64,000 nucleotides of DNA from positions 94,071 through 158,070 of the forward strand of contig NMRA01000163.1 in assembly GCA_002633005.1 (NCBI GenBank), read 5' to 3'. The notes under the pieces are model-generated. The model worked only from the letters and a program-made list of their open reading frames with translations, did no database searches and had not been told where the DNA came from. Positions 53,268-64,000 of this stretch are shown one piece after another. This DNA is from Phoronis australis. Lineage: Eukaryota > Animalia > Phoronida. The first letter of the stretch is position 1; every line of letters begins with the position of its first letter. The position numbers and the translations under genes were made by a program.

Positions 53268-53399
53268 GTTGCGGAGAGCGTGCTACAGGCGACGTTCCAT
53301 GCTTCGTCGATGGAGAAGCAGCGTACACGAGTTGTCAAGGCGCAATGCGACGAACAAATGGCTGAGATAAAGCACCAAGTGCTGGGCCAGGAAGCCGAG
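53268..53399 (+). CDS. CARD-coiled-coil gene exon (44 codons)
   Basis: aacag|GTT...GAG|gtaagt, phase 0 at both ends, helical composition. Confidence 0.85.
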
Positions 53400-55181
53400 G
53401 TAAGTAGGTGCTGGCAATTTCAGTGTACGTTTGAACATTATTTAATTAAAATGCAAATTTACTATGACATCATGCTGATAAGTGTCAAGCCATCTAGAAG
53501 AAGAAACTGAGACAATTCTGTTATTGTCAGCTGCAATGACGGGTCTGTGTATCGAAAGCAGGTCATGCACATCTATATTGCGCGATGCCCTTGAGTGCAT
53601 AGCTCGCTGGTCTACAAGTGTACACACACAGGGCAGTCGAAGGAATATACCCTGTAGGGCCGGTAGAGCACAAGTAGTCCACGAAACTGGATAACATTTG
53701 TTCAGACAATACCATTCGTCACAAAACTAAAACAGTATAAAACAAATAATAGACATATAGAGTTCTCAAAAATGAATTCCATTCATTTATTTATGTTTAG
53801 CCCCATCAGTTCTCACTGCTTTCCATGGGGGGCCCCAGTACAACGTCGAAAATCACCAAACCGCGACAAAATATCCATTTCTTTCCGTCTAGAATCCGTT
53901 TCAACGTTGTCTAAATCTTGTAAAATTCGCGACAGGTGTTGATCCATGAATCTTGTCGAAATCGCATCATCTTACTGAGCAAGATCGTTCACAAACAAAT
54001 ACTAACGGCTAAGCGCATTTTCTGGATTTCCAAAAATGGCATTCTATTGTGATGAAACTTCTATATTAATTGCCAGAAAATTCTAGCAAAAGTTCGTATT
54101 AGCTTGACGTCGTCTGGCAAAGTTCTGTCGAAGTCTGTCCAATTTATTTTGAAAACTACGATAAGTAGCGTAGTAACAGAATTTTTATTACGACGCAGTA
54201 ATGCACTGGCCTCTTCGTGCACAGCGTGCATTACCACAGTAATGCAGTTTCTTTTACTGCGCTTATGACTGAAGAAGACCTCCAGATAATTTTGTCAAAA
54301 ATGAAAAATGATGCTGAATTCACAAGGCAACTTCGTAATCATAGTCCCGAATAGCCAGCACACGTACTTGGGACGGTCGAAATTTCTCAAGACACCAATC
54401 CTGGTCAACGCATCAACTCTGAATAATTCAGTGAAAATTTTCCATGCACATACAGCTCAGAAGTTATTATAATGCTTATTTTGATATATGTAGGACCTCA
54501 TCACCAAGTCTGTACATTTAGCCAAAAACTAGTAAACCATGGAATTTACCTCACCAAAAATACTAGATACTTCCTGAAAGTAGAAATTCCGTAAAATTTG
54601 ATTTTTTTATTTTATAGCAACCTTCTACAATTAGGTCAGGTGGCCATGCTTTTTGTTAAAATTTATCAATAAGTAAGGTGCATGTACATTCATAGCAAAA
54701 CAATAGGATCAATAGCGACCAAATTTTGTACAATAGAAATCTTTAGAATCTCTAAAACGCGTTTGCATATTCTAAATTATCATTTCGTTTTTGTTTTATG
54801 GAATTATTTTTTCATGAAAACTATATACCCTGTTTTTTGATTGCCCCTCATGCAAAATTGGAACAATTTAAAACAATCCCTGAAACAAATTTCTAGAACT
54901 GAGTGTAAAGCATAGCATCTGAAAGTTTCATGTGAATCCGACAGAGCGATTTTTGAAATTTGATGTTCCGAAGTTGGCCAAAATTGGATACTTTTCTAAT
55001 GCCCTACATAACTTAATTACCTAGATAGCTTAGGCAGATCAAAGTCAATTCAAATTCCTAATAATAAATAGCCTGTTGACTGCAGTACAAGAAGTCTCCA
55101 ATACTGTATCGCAGCTCTTGTGCGTTGCGATCATTTTCAATTTACAAGCAGGCTCAATAGTCTTATTTCTTGTGTTTTCAG

Positions 55182-56393
55182 AAAGACGAACTAAAACAGC
55201 AAGTTAAAGAACTCATCGAAGAAAATGAAGCACTGGAGCAAAAAGTGACGGAAATGTTGAAGGAACGCGCACAAGAGAAAAAAAGTTTCGAAAAACAAGT
55301 AACAACACAACAGAATTTCGCGCTGGCGGGAAACAAAGAAATTATACGCATGCGCGAGCGTGTGCAGTCATTCGACAACCATGTACGCTCAATGAACGTG
55401 AAAGCACGATGTTTTTTTAAGCCAGACGAAGAGGACGAAATAAAACAGGACCCTGATAACGTAAGAATAAGTTTGCTGGAAAAGAATTTCGACAAGATTA
55501 TGAGTAGGATAAATGAACTCGACGTCATCAAAGAAAACATTCGGAAGGAAATGGCGCGCCAGACGAAAACTATCATTGAACTGTTACACGCACGCGAAAT
55601 TTCGAAACCTGAAGATGTTTTGAAACGTTATCTCGCAAATCAACGCGAAGGACTGGTCCGAGCATCCCGACAAACGCTAGCTCTTAGCAACAACATCCAC
55701 AGCATTTTAAGCGACGCAACACCAAAATCGCCACAAAGTCTGCGGGAAAATGACGCAAATTTTTCCTTCGAAAACGGAAATGGAAAACGAAGCAGTGTAG
55801 ACAAAGGCCGATTAGATTTTGATCAACTGAACAAACACCTTGGCATTCTGTATTCCGACGTCGAGCACTTAAAAAGCTTGTGGAGAACTAAAGATCACGA
55901 AATATTAGAACTCCAAAAAGAAAATGAAAGACTGAGAATAGAGGTCAAAGTTAACCTTCTCGGACATATGACCGACTCAAAAAACAAACGTAATAATCTG
56001 GTACACAATCACTTGGCACCCATGACGATGAATGTACAGAACGGAAATCACGTTACTGACAGTAGCTCCGCAGATGACGCGACGCTGTTTACTACGGACG
56101 GCGAAGAAAACGTTTCAAAAACTGATCAAACAGTAGCCAACATTTGCCTGCCTCCAATCCTTAGAGGTAAAACTAAATCTCATGTAAATGTGACAAACGA
56201 CAACGGAGAACTTTTGGAGAAACGAAACAAGCGATCGCTGGACCCCCTGGACAACCTTCGTTCGCCGAGGCCAGACAGTCCTGATCCAAGATCTTTGTCT
56301 CGTGCGTCAACAAGATCCGATTCCTTGCTCAGTAAAAAGTCCTCTCTAGGCACTGTTCAATTTCCGAAAGAGTGGAACAATGTGTCGCAATGA
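55182..56393 (+). CDS. CARD-coiled-coil gene, last exon (coiled coils plus Ser/Pro/Arg-rich disordered tail, 403 aa)
   Basis: Acceptor tgttttcag|AAA, long ORF with heptad-rich segments, TGA stop. Confidence 0.9.
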   Translation, partial: KDELKQQVKELIEENEALEQKVTEMLKERAQEKKSFEKQVTTQQNFALAGNKEIIRMRERVQSFDNHVRSMNVKARCFFKPDEEDEIKQDPDNVRISLLEKNFDKIMSRINELDVIKENIRKEMARQTKTIIELLHAREISKPEDVLKRYLANQREGLVRASRQTLALSNNIHSILSDATPKSPQSLRENDANFSFENGNGKRSSVDKGRLDFDQLNKHLGILYSDVEHLKSLWRTKDHEILELQKENERLRIEVKVNLLGHMTDSKNKRNNLVHNHLAPMTMNVQNGNHVTDSSSADDATLFTTDGEENVSKTDQTVANICLPPILRGKTKSHVNVTNDNGELLEKRNKRSLDPLDNLRSPRPDSPDPRSLSRASTRSDSLLSKKSSLGTVQFPKEWNNVSQ

Positions 56394-57402
56394 CTGTGCC
56401 GTTATGATCTCACAAATTAATACCTCATTCAGACGCGGAATTTTTATAAGACCGTGACCTGTTCAGAAGGCACTCCCTAGTTGCTTAAAGCGAGGGTTCA
56501 CAACAACGTCCTATCACCCGTCTTGCCATTAATTAGCATAACATGTAAGCATTATGTACGATTGTCACGGCCTATCCACAAATTACGTTCATAGAATTCA
56601 GATGACAGTTTTTTAAAAAAACCTTCATAATTGTCAAAGCGCCAAAGTAGTTGTTATGGGGATATATCACCCCATAACCAAATGTCTTTAGTACAACAAA
56701 ATTAAAAAAATACATCTGCGGTATTTCTGGACCAATCCTAAAGTGTGTATTTTGATGGGATGAACAAAGCTGTGGTACTGAAATGTGGTTAAAATTAACG
56801 ACACCTTAGTAAAATTTGTAGCAAACCATTTGACCGAAATTCATGGTAGGTCATGTACCACAATTAAATTAGACGAAACAGTTCGTACCAATAGTTTGGA
56901 GAAATGAGTTATCATTCCGTACTCATCTAACAAAATTTGCTTTTCATTGGACTTCGAATCTGTGTCGTTTGGTAAGATTCAGGCAGGTACTTCCGAGACC
57001 TTCGCTCACTGGGAGTACGTTTTCACAGCTTGCGCATCAGGGAATTCTCTAGAGCGTGCGTATACATTGTAGAGAAACCATGAATTCTACTATCCAGAAG
57101 CTGAACGATTATTAGGCAAATTTTGCAAAAAGAGATATTTCTCAAATATGATTCAAACTGTAAAAAGTAATTAACAATTCCAATTTCAGAAAACTTACGT
57201 TATAGACAAGTACCGCTACTATTTTAATGGCGCTCATTTGATTTCCAATGAAATTAGGATATCCCCAATATCTAAGTCAAATTTACCGTTTGTTTGCATG
57301 GAACACAGCGGCACAAAATCGATCACTGGCATTTAGCGAAAGGAGCAGTTCCGAGGTAAAATGATCATATAGTAATTCTTAACTCATCGTCACGTACGCT
57401 AA

Positions 57403-57855
57403 TACCCCGTCACACCGGAAGTCCGGTGCCACTGCGGTGCTTGTACGGCATAAACCGTATATGCACCGCCTTGATCGCCGTGGTTCCGCAGTGGTTCCGC
57501 TATTGATCGCCGTAGCACGGCGGAAAACCGCCACAACCGCGGACCTTTGAACTTCCGCAGTGCCACCGCGGGTTGGGCCAACAAATCCGCAGTGGAATCG
57601 CTGCGACACCGCCATGACCGCCGTGGCACCATACAAGGACCGCAGTAGAACCTCCATCACCGCCGTGTTTCCGCAGTACAAATGCCGTGCAATCGCCGAA
57701 AACGTAGACTGGCGATCCTAGGGCGATTCCGTGGCGCGAAGAAAAACACGTTTGACGGATAGGGGAAAACCGTTCACTACTTGCAGCATCACTACGGTGA
57801 TGGCAGTTTTGACCAAAAACTGTAGTGGCACCGCGCTTCTGGTGTGACGGGGGTA
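57403..57855. mobile_element. PIF/Harbinger-type MITE
   Basis: TIR TACCCCGTCACACC; TSD TAA at 57400-57402 and 57856-57858; GC-rich CCGC/GCGG interior. Confidence 0.85.
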
Positions 57856-58899
57856 TAATTATCGTCTTCAGGGGTGAACGTCGTTCCCTTAACATTATCA
57901 CATTTCGCAGGTTTGCTCAAAAAAGCTCTCGCACTCAGTACGCACGTTAATAAAACACTGAGACTGGGCTGCCGTCTAATTTGGGGGTTGAGTCTGACGA
58001 GCGTTTACATTTGTTCCTAGTAACAATTCAAACTGTGTTCTGCAAGGCATGTAAACCCTATACTACAGACTTTTCTGAACAACACGTTACATATATGTTT
58101 TATTGAAGAAGCATGGCTTTCGATTTCCAGCCAACCCTTATGCCCATGTAAAATAGCGCAACTGGCACGGGATATCTATCTTATACTGTATTCGATGAAT
58201 TAAAGTCATTGATTTTTATCTTCAATAGTCAATAGACTGCCTTCATACTGGACATCAACTGAAACTAGTCGTATCAAGCCAGGCTCAATCCAGACAGCCC
58301 GTAAATTATGCTGTGACACATATTGAGTGCTAACCCGGCCACGGATTTGAAACGTATCAAATTTTGAAGGACACGGTAACGCTTACATGGTGTAGGTCTA
58401 TTGTGTTGAAGATAAAATACGCGATTACAATCACCTATCCGATTTGCGTTCTCATAATGTCACATCAAGGTTATTAGCCTACACAACACAAGAAGTATCA
58501 GCGACTTTGGACAATAAATAATCAAGTTTGAAAAAAAGAATCAAAATGAGAAACAAAAAACAACCAAACAATTAAAGTAACAGCGCATTTACGCTTACGG
58601 TGATGCCCATACGTTTTCAAGGACAACCTGATCGTCATTCAGGAATCGTCCCTAGTGAATTAATGCATAGGAACTCAGGCCACAGGAATAGACGAGAATA
58701 GACGATGATTTTCCTATCCCGTGCTCAAAAAGGCTTTTTAGTTTGATAACAGAAAGGACGTGTCTTCATTTTGCCACGTTGCATATTACTTAATTTGATA
58801 TATTACCTTAATTTTTGAACTAGATTGCCCTTGAAATAAGGACTTTAGTCATCAACAAGTAACCAATTTTCATTATATATTTATTCACTGTGTCACCAG

Positions 58900-59346
58900 G
58901 GCCCGGTCTCCAATCTTTTTACTCGAAATTGAACTCGAAATTAGGTTTGGCATTTTCTACTCTACTTTTGGGCGAACTCAAGATAAGTGTCTATTATTCT
59001 ATGCTTGAGTACACAATAACTTACGTAGATAATTTATTGCCCTTAGTTCACAGTTTGTAAACGCAATACTAATGCAATAAGNATGAACGTATGTCAAAGG
59101 GTTTTGGAGATAGAGCAGCGGACGCCGGACGCCGGACGCCGGACGGACGCCGCCCGGACGGACGGACGGACGGACGGACGGACAGAGATGACGGCATAAT
59201 GCGTCCACATATAAATATGTGGGCGCATAATAATGTATTCGAGCACAGTCTGATAACCAATTATCTTAAGTTCGCACAAAAGGAGCAGAGAAATTGCCAA
59301 AAACAGTTTCGAGTTCGTTTCGAGTACAAAGATTAGAGACCGGGCC
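58900..59346. mobile_element. MITE with CAG (CWG) TSD, Nuwa-like PHIS element
   Basis: About 115-bp imperfect TIRs starting GGCCCGGTCTC; CAG at 58897-58899 and 59347-59349. Confidence 0.75.
59078..59232 (+). mobile_element. Helentron/DINE-like non-autonomous element (3' end) nested in the MITE; gap at N 59082
   Basis: (GGAC)n/(GGACGCC)n tract followed by a terminal hairpin ATGCGTCCACAT-ATAAAT-ATGTGGGCGCAT and AATAA. Confidence 0.6.
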
Positions 59347-60971
59347 CAGGTGGTGTGACAGCGAACTCAAGTAGGCCATGCTAAATGAAGACGCAACAAT
59401 ATCGCTGAGTAAGCTAATGTGATAAAATGCTTCGCTTGTAAAATACGTGGCGATTTCGCGAAGTCTTCCTTGTTCTTGCGCTTCCACAAGATTCTCTCCT
59501 CTACAGAACACATGCCTGGTCCACGCTAAACAACACGGCTGTTGAGTGGCGAATGAAAAATTTCCATAAAACTTTCATTTTTTTCCTTTTAGTCGAACGG
59601 GAAAACAGGGGTAATACAATATCTCATGGCAATATGTAAATTTCGCCACCGTTTGCCTAAAAGCGGGATATTTTGACGGTGTGTGGGATGGCAGGAAAAA
59701 AACGTGGGACAGTCCGCCAAGAGCAAGGCAAGTACAGTGTACTTGTCTGTAACACAAAGTATTGGATTGGATTCTTTTACAAGGTAAACTTTTCAGTTTT
59801 CAAATTTTATTTCAAGGGCATCAGTAAATCAGGGTACAGATGACATCGAATTAACAAACACGTTTAGCTTCACCAATAAATAAATGCAATTTTTTTCGAA
59901 AATGAGGTAATCACGCCTGTCAGTGGGGTCTGACCTTGTAATTTATAATTTTACAACAAACACCAGATGTTTCTTCTCCCTGTAAAATACTATAATATGA
60001 CTTTAACATTCACACGTTTTGTTGAAAAGCTACTGACAGTGTCTCTAAGACCAAAGCCTAAAAGATAACTACAACAGTTCAACTAAAACTCAGTCGCACA
60101 GACAACCGGAAATTCACAGTGCCAGTACCGTAAAATCTTCGGTCGCAAGCTCTAAGGTATTACATACATGTACATATGCACTGTTAGAGGGAGTTGGCAT
60201 TCCAAGTACTCAGTTCTTTGGTTGAAGGAGAATACATGTTCAAAATCTGCCAAATTTGGTCTTAAAAATACATAGAAAACAGACATATTCGCAGCTCTGT
60301 GTCTCAGTCTATTCTTAATATGATGATAGTAGGAGCCTTGGTTGCTGGCGAAAGCAAACACTTATTATAAAAACTCGGACCATTTTCACGGAGAAGTCTT
60401 TCCATGTTTCATGAGTGAGAGCCACCCAAATCATCAGTTTTGACTTTTTGACTTGGAAGCAGGGATCAGTTTAGAAAAACATGCTTATGGGCTAACTGAG
60501 CAACAGTGCCTCAAATCTATTCGTCAAATTAGAGAACCTATAAATCCCTTGTGCAAAGTCGACGCAATTTTAATACGCCAGTTGGCCCAGTTTAAACAAC
60601 CTCAGTACGTCGAAGTAAAGATTTTTTTATGCGCCAATGGCGTGGAGCGCAGTCCAATATTCGTGTGCACGCAATATTTTTTGTTTGAGCAATAAGTCAA
60701 ACATTTGAGACATGGTTCTCGTGGTCATACATACACAGAACGTACCGAGAGCGGCGTACATGAAGTTATAGCATGTACGCCAATCGAGGTACGTTTTGTA
60801 CTTATCCCATTCGCAGTTTTTCGGCAGATTTTTCAAATACTTCATCCAGACTGTTCACATGGCGGATCACATCTTATATGTATGTACTTGCGCGTTAGGT
60901 TGCAAGTTTTCTCTTGTAAAAGAAACGGTTTTAAAAGTAACGATTTATTTCTTGAAAAGAGGTAACAAAGA

Positions 60972-61375
60972 TGAAAACAACGGCAACTGAGCAGTGAACT
61001 TGTACCATCTCATGGAAATAGTTAAAAAACATTTGATATTTTAATTTCCTAGGAATCGGCACCTGAGTTGCAGACGGTATACTATTCAGTAATTGAAAAC
61101 TGAGACATAAGTGTCTTATAATTAAAAGTTCCAGATTTTACGTTTAGGGCCTGGTTGCATGTCGAGTGTTAGTTACACTGTCGCAACTGTGTTAATTTAA
61201 ACTATATTCGGAAAGTTTGATGATCTAACCGGCTCAGAAGACGTCGAGTCGACATTGACCTAGCTTTTGAACTTTCCATGTCAGAGGTCGCTGTTAAAGT
61301 AGTGCGTCAGGTGAATACGGAAGCTTTATTTCATGGCCGTATTTCCCTCGACAGATTCAACGCGCGTGGGATAAA
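60972..61375 (+). repeat. About 400-bp dispersed repeat, copy 2
   Basis: Matches 31340-31752. Confidence 0.9.
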
Positions 61376-63783
61376 TCATAAAATATGAGTGGAAACTTTT
61401 AAGCACAAAATCAAAGTCCGTGTTCAGCATAAAAATCAAGGGCGAAGGTTTGCCATACCATTGAAACCTACTGGACTAGTCTCAAACAACTTGCAGATTT
61501 TGTACACACAAGGTCGGACGCTTACCTTAAAACCTACACAGTGCAGTTAGGAGGTCAGATTCAAACTAAAACAAGCCGACTTTGCGTGGGAGAGTGGTTT
61601 CCCAGAAATTGTCCACATTCATTTGATCCCAATGACTGCTATGCAAAGTTTCGACTGTGAATGTTTTTGGGTGTTTACCCTTGATTGCTGTGTGAAGATT
61701 TTGCAGTTTTTGTGTAGTTCTCCTCGGCGCAGTTTTGAAATTCACAATTTATGTTCCCCATTCTCATTTTTGATGTTGATCTTACTAGATAGTCTACGCG
61801 AATTATATCTAGCTAAAAGTAAACAAAGCACCGATCTCCAGAATGAACTTTTGGGGGGCCATTTTTCCTAATGACACGACCAAAATGAAGTCGCTAGTAA
61901 ATGCCCTTTTCATGGCCTATAGACTGACCTACTGCTCCACTTTTTAAGCCAGCCATTAGGCCTACCCCTTGTACGTGGGGTGTTACGGTTTTTTGTCAAT
62001 ACGGCCGATGATACTTGTGGATACGTCTGATGTTAAGTACGCGCAAATTGAACGTTCAGCATCAGTTCAGCTAGTCTGACGGGTGAGTTAATAATGCGAC
62101 AATTTACCACTATGGCCGTTTTACTTTCAACTTCGGTTCCTGTCTGCGCTGGATATTTGGAATATTGCATTTAGTCTTTAATGCTTGGTCGTCTCGACAC
62201 GACGTTTTCACGGGACATGAGATACAACTGGACCGACAACATTAAGTTTATCTTAGACGAAGTTCTGAACGCAAAGTCCATTTGCAAAACGAATATTTAA
62301 TTAAAATAGAACAACGAACACCTAATCAATATGTTCGATTTTCATATCGCTGTTCAATGGCAGAAGACTGGACGGTCCGTTACGTTTTTTGTTACTTTAC
62401 TGTACACGCAAACACGGTCTCTGAAAACGTGGTTTCGCTATGTCATGTTGAACAGATACGCCTTCCGTAGCACTGTGAAATGTTGTTTATCATGGCTTCT
62501 CATTGGTTAAAGTAATGAAACCGACGTCACAACATTCAGTCATTCCCATTGGCTGAAATCTGGGAAACCTCTTTCAGTTAACTGTTACGTGGTATGGCGA
62601 TTACCTTCAACTTCAATAGTTGCAATTTGTTCTAACGAACAGTGATCGGAGTAAACAAAACCAAGGGAACCCCGATCCCGTGCCTAATCCCAAACAGTTC
62701 ACAAAAGGCGTGTGGAAGTAGTGGCGATGTGATCGATAAACTTCCGACCAATCATGCGCAATGGTGCCCACACACCGAATTCCGTACATGTATGTCGTTC
62801 CTTATGTTTCCACAGGGCCACTTTTCAGTACAGGTGGCGATGTGTCAGAGGGTAGTTGAACATGGTGATCATTTTTTACAAAAAACGATTCGAACAAAAT
62901 CTGATCAGGTTGTTATTCAATGCGAACCAATGCACACAAATGTTTTCGGTGACTGCCGACGATAAACTTCTTACGCTGTGACTGAACATTCGAAAGAAAA
63001 AATCGAAGCGAAAATTTTCAAGTACTGTATCTGACCGCCATTTTTTCAATCCGCTCTGGAAGTTTACTAATGGTTACATCCGTTCAAAAGTCATGTTTTA
63101 ATTTTGTGACAAACTGCGACAAAACGGTCGATGCATTGCTTTGAGACCTTCTACAGGCCTACTGGCACAAGGGATTATTCATTTTCACCGCCCCTGCTCG
63201 GGTAGGTTACCTCCTTGCTTGAAAAAATTTGGAAGTATAATCATGCAGTTTTTGTTAACTATGCAACTGTAATGGCGGCTTCCAGTGCTTTCCGCCAATT
63301 TTGATAGTGGCATCAAGATTTTTCGTCTAAAGCGAAGTGGTCAGGTGATCTTTGGATGTTATTTCACATACAGCGGATAGGCGGTGCTCCCACTGGTCGC
63401 CCGCTTTAAGGTTCAATAAATACCATTTCCCTTCATTTACACCGTACAACCCAAAAAGTACACAAACTGCACGATCCTCCTCAATACACATGTACACGTG
63501 AAACAGTTTAAAATTGTTGGTTAAGTTTTTATTAAAATAACAGTAAACAAGCAAATACAAACATGCAATTGGTCACACTAGCCTACAAACAGGGGAGTCG
63601 GCAAGAACTTACTAATTACAATCTTACGTAAATAGATTAGACAAATACGAAGAACACAGTACATGAAGATACAATAACATACACAAGGAGTCAACAAGAA
63701 CTTATAAATTACATTTTCCATATTCAACAGAAAAAAGGGAACAACCTATACGCGACAAAAAACACAAAGACTTCACATTAAAC

Positions 63784-63920
63784 CCGGGGTGCGTTCCGTA
63801 GATCAAAGAAACTCGCAACTTAGTAAAGTGATCACTTACTTCGCTTGTAATGTACGGTGATATCTGACTAAAACTTGCGTGATCTCGCTTTTCTTTAAGA
63901 CAATTACTGCACGGAACTGA
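63784..63920 (+). repeat. Short interspersed MITE-like repeat (related copies at about 46050-46150 and 59400-59520)
   Basis: Shared core AAAGTGATCAC--RCTTCGCTTGTAA at the three sites. Confidence 0.55.
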
Positions 63921-64000
63921 TAACCGTTCTCAGAATGCAGGGCTTGGCATCACCAATAACAAAGAGGAGGAAACTTTTCCAGGTGATGTATCGTTCCACA

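Noticed and set aside
55178-55576. 132-aa antisense ORF
   Set aside because: Shadow of the coiled-coil exon on the opposite strand.
57379-57901. Overlapping GC-rich ORFs
   Set aside because: They lie within a Harbinger-type MITE and have no recognisable domain.

Overview
AT-rich, intron-containing animal genomic DNA; the repeat types suggest a marine invertebrate, but the species cannot be named from the sequence. Three host genes can be assembled by splicing. Two are tandem minus-strand paralogs encoding signal peptide + PAN/Apple-like domain + a 25-nt micro-exon + fibrinogen-related domain (FReD): copy B is complete (301 aa; exons 33589-33864, 27136-27160, 25794-26398), and copy A runs off the left edge. 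The third is a divergently oriented plus-strand gene for a CARD-like death-fold + long coiled-coil protein (about 50505-56393). The rest is dense, partly nested transposon debris: Kolobok, MULE, an internally deleted Maverick/Polinton with an ISL2EU inside its polB, three LINE types, a 5-bp-TSD hAT, Academ, Harbinger/Nuwa and Tc1 MITEs, a Helentron-like element and Penelope remnants. The most unusual signal is a recurrent 6-bp insertion at TA dinucleotides: TA->TACATGTA (about 27 copies counted by eye) and TA->TAGGCCTA. It can be polarised using the paralogous introns and the dead transposon ORFs. Two near-identical duplications flanking single N bases are probably assembly artefacts. All alignments and counts were done by eye.
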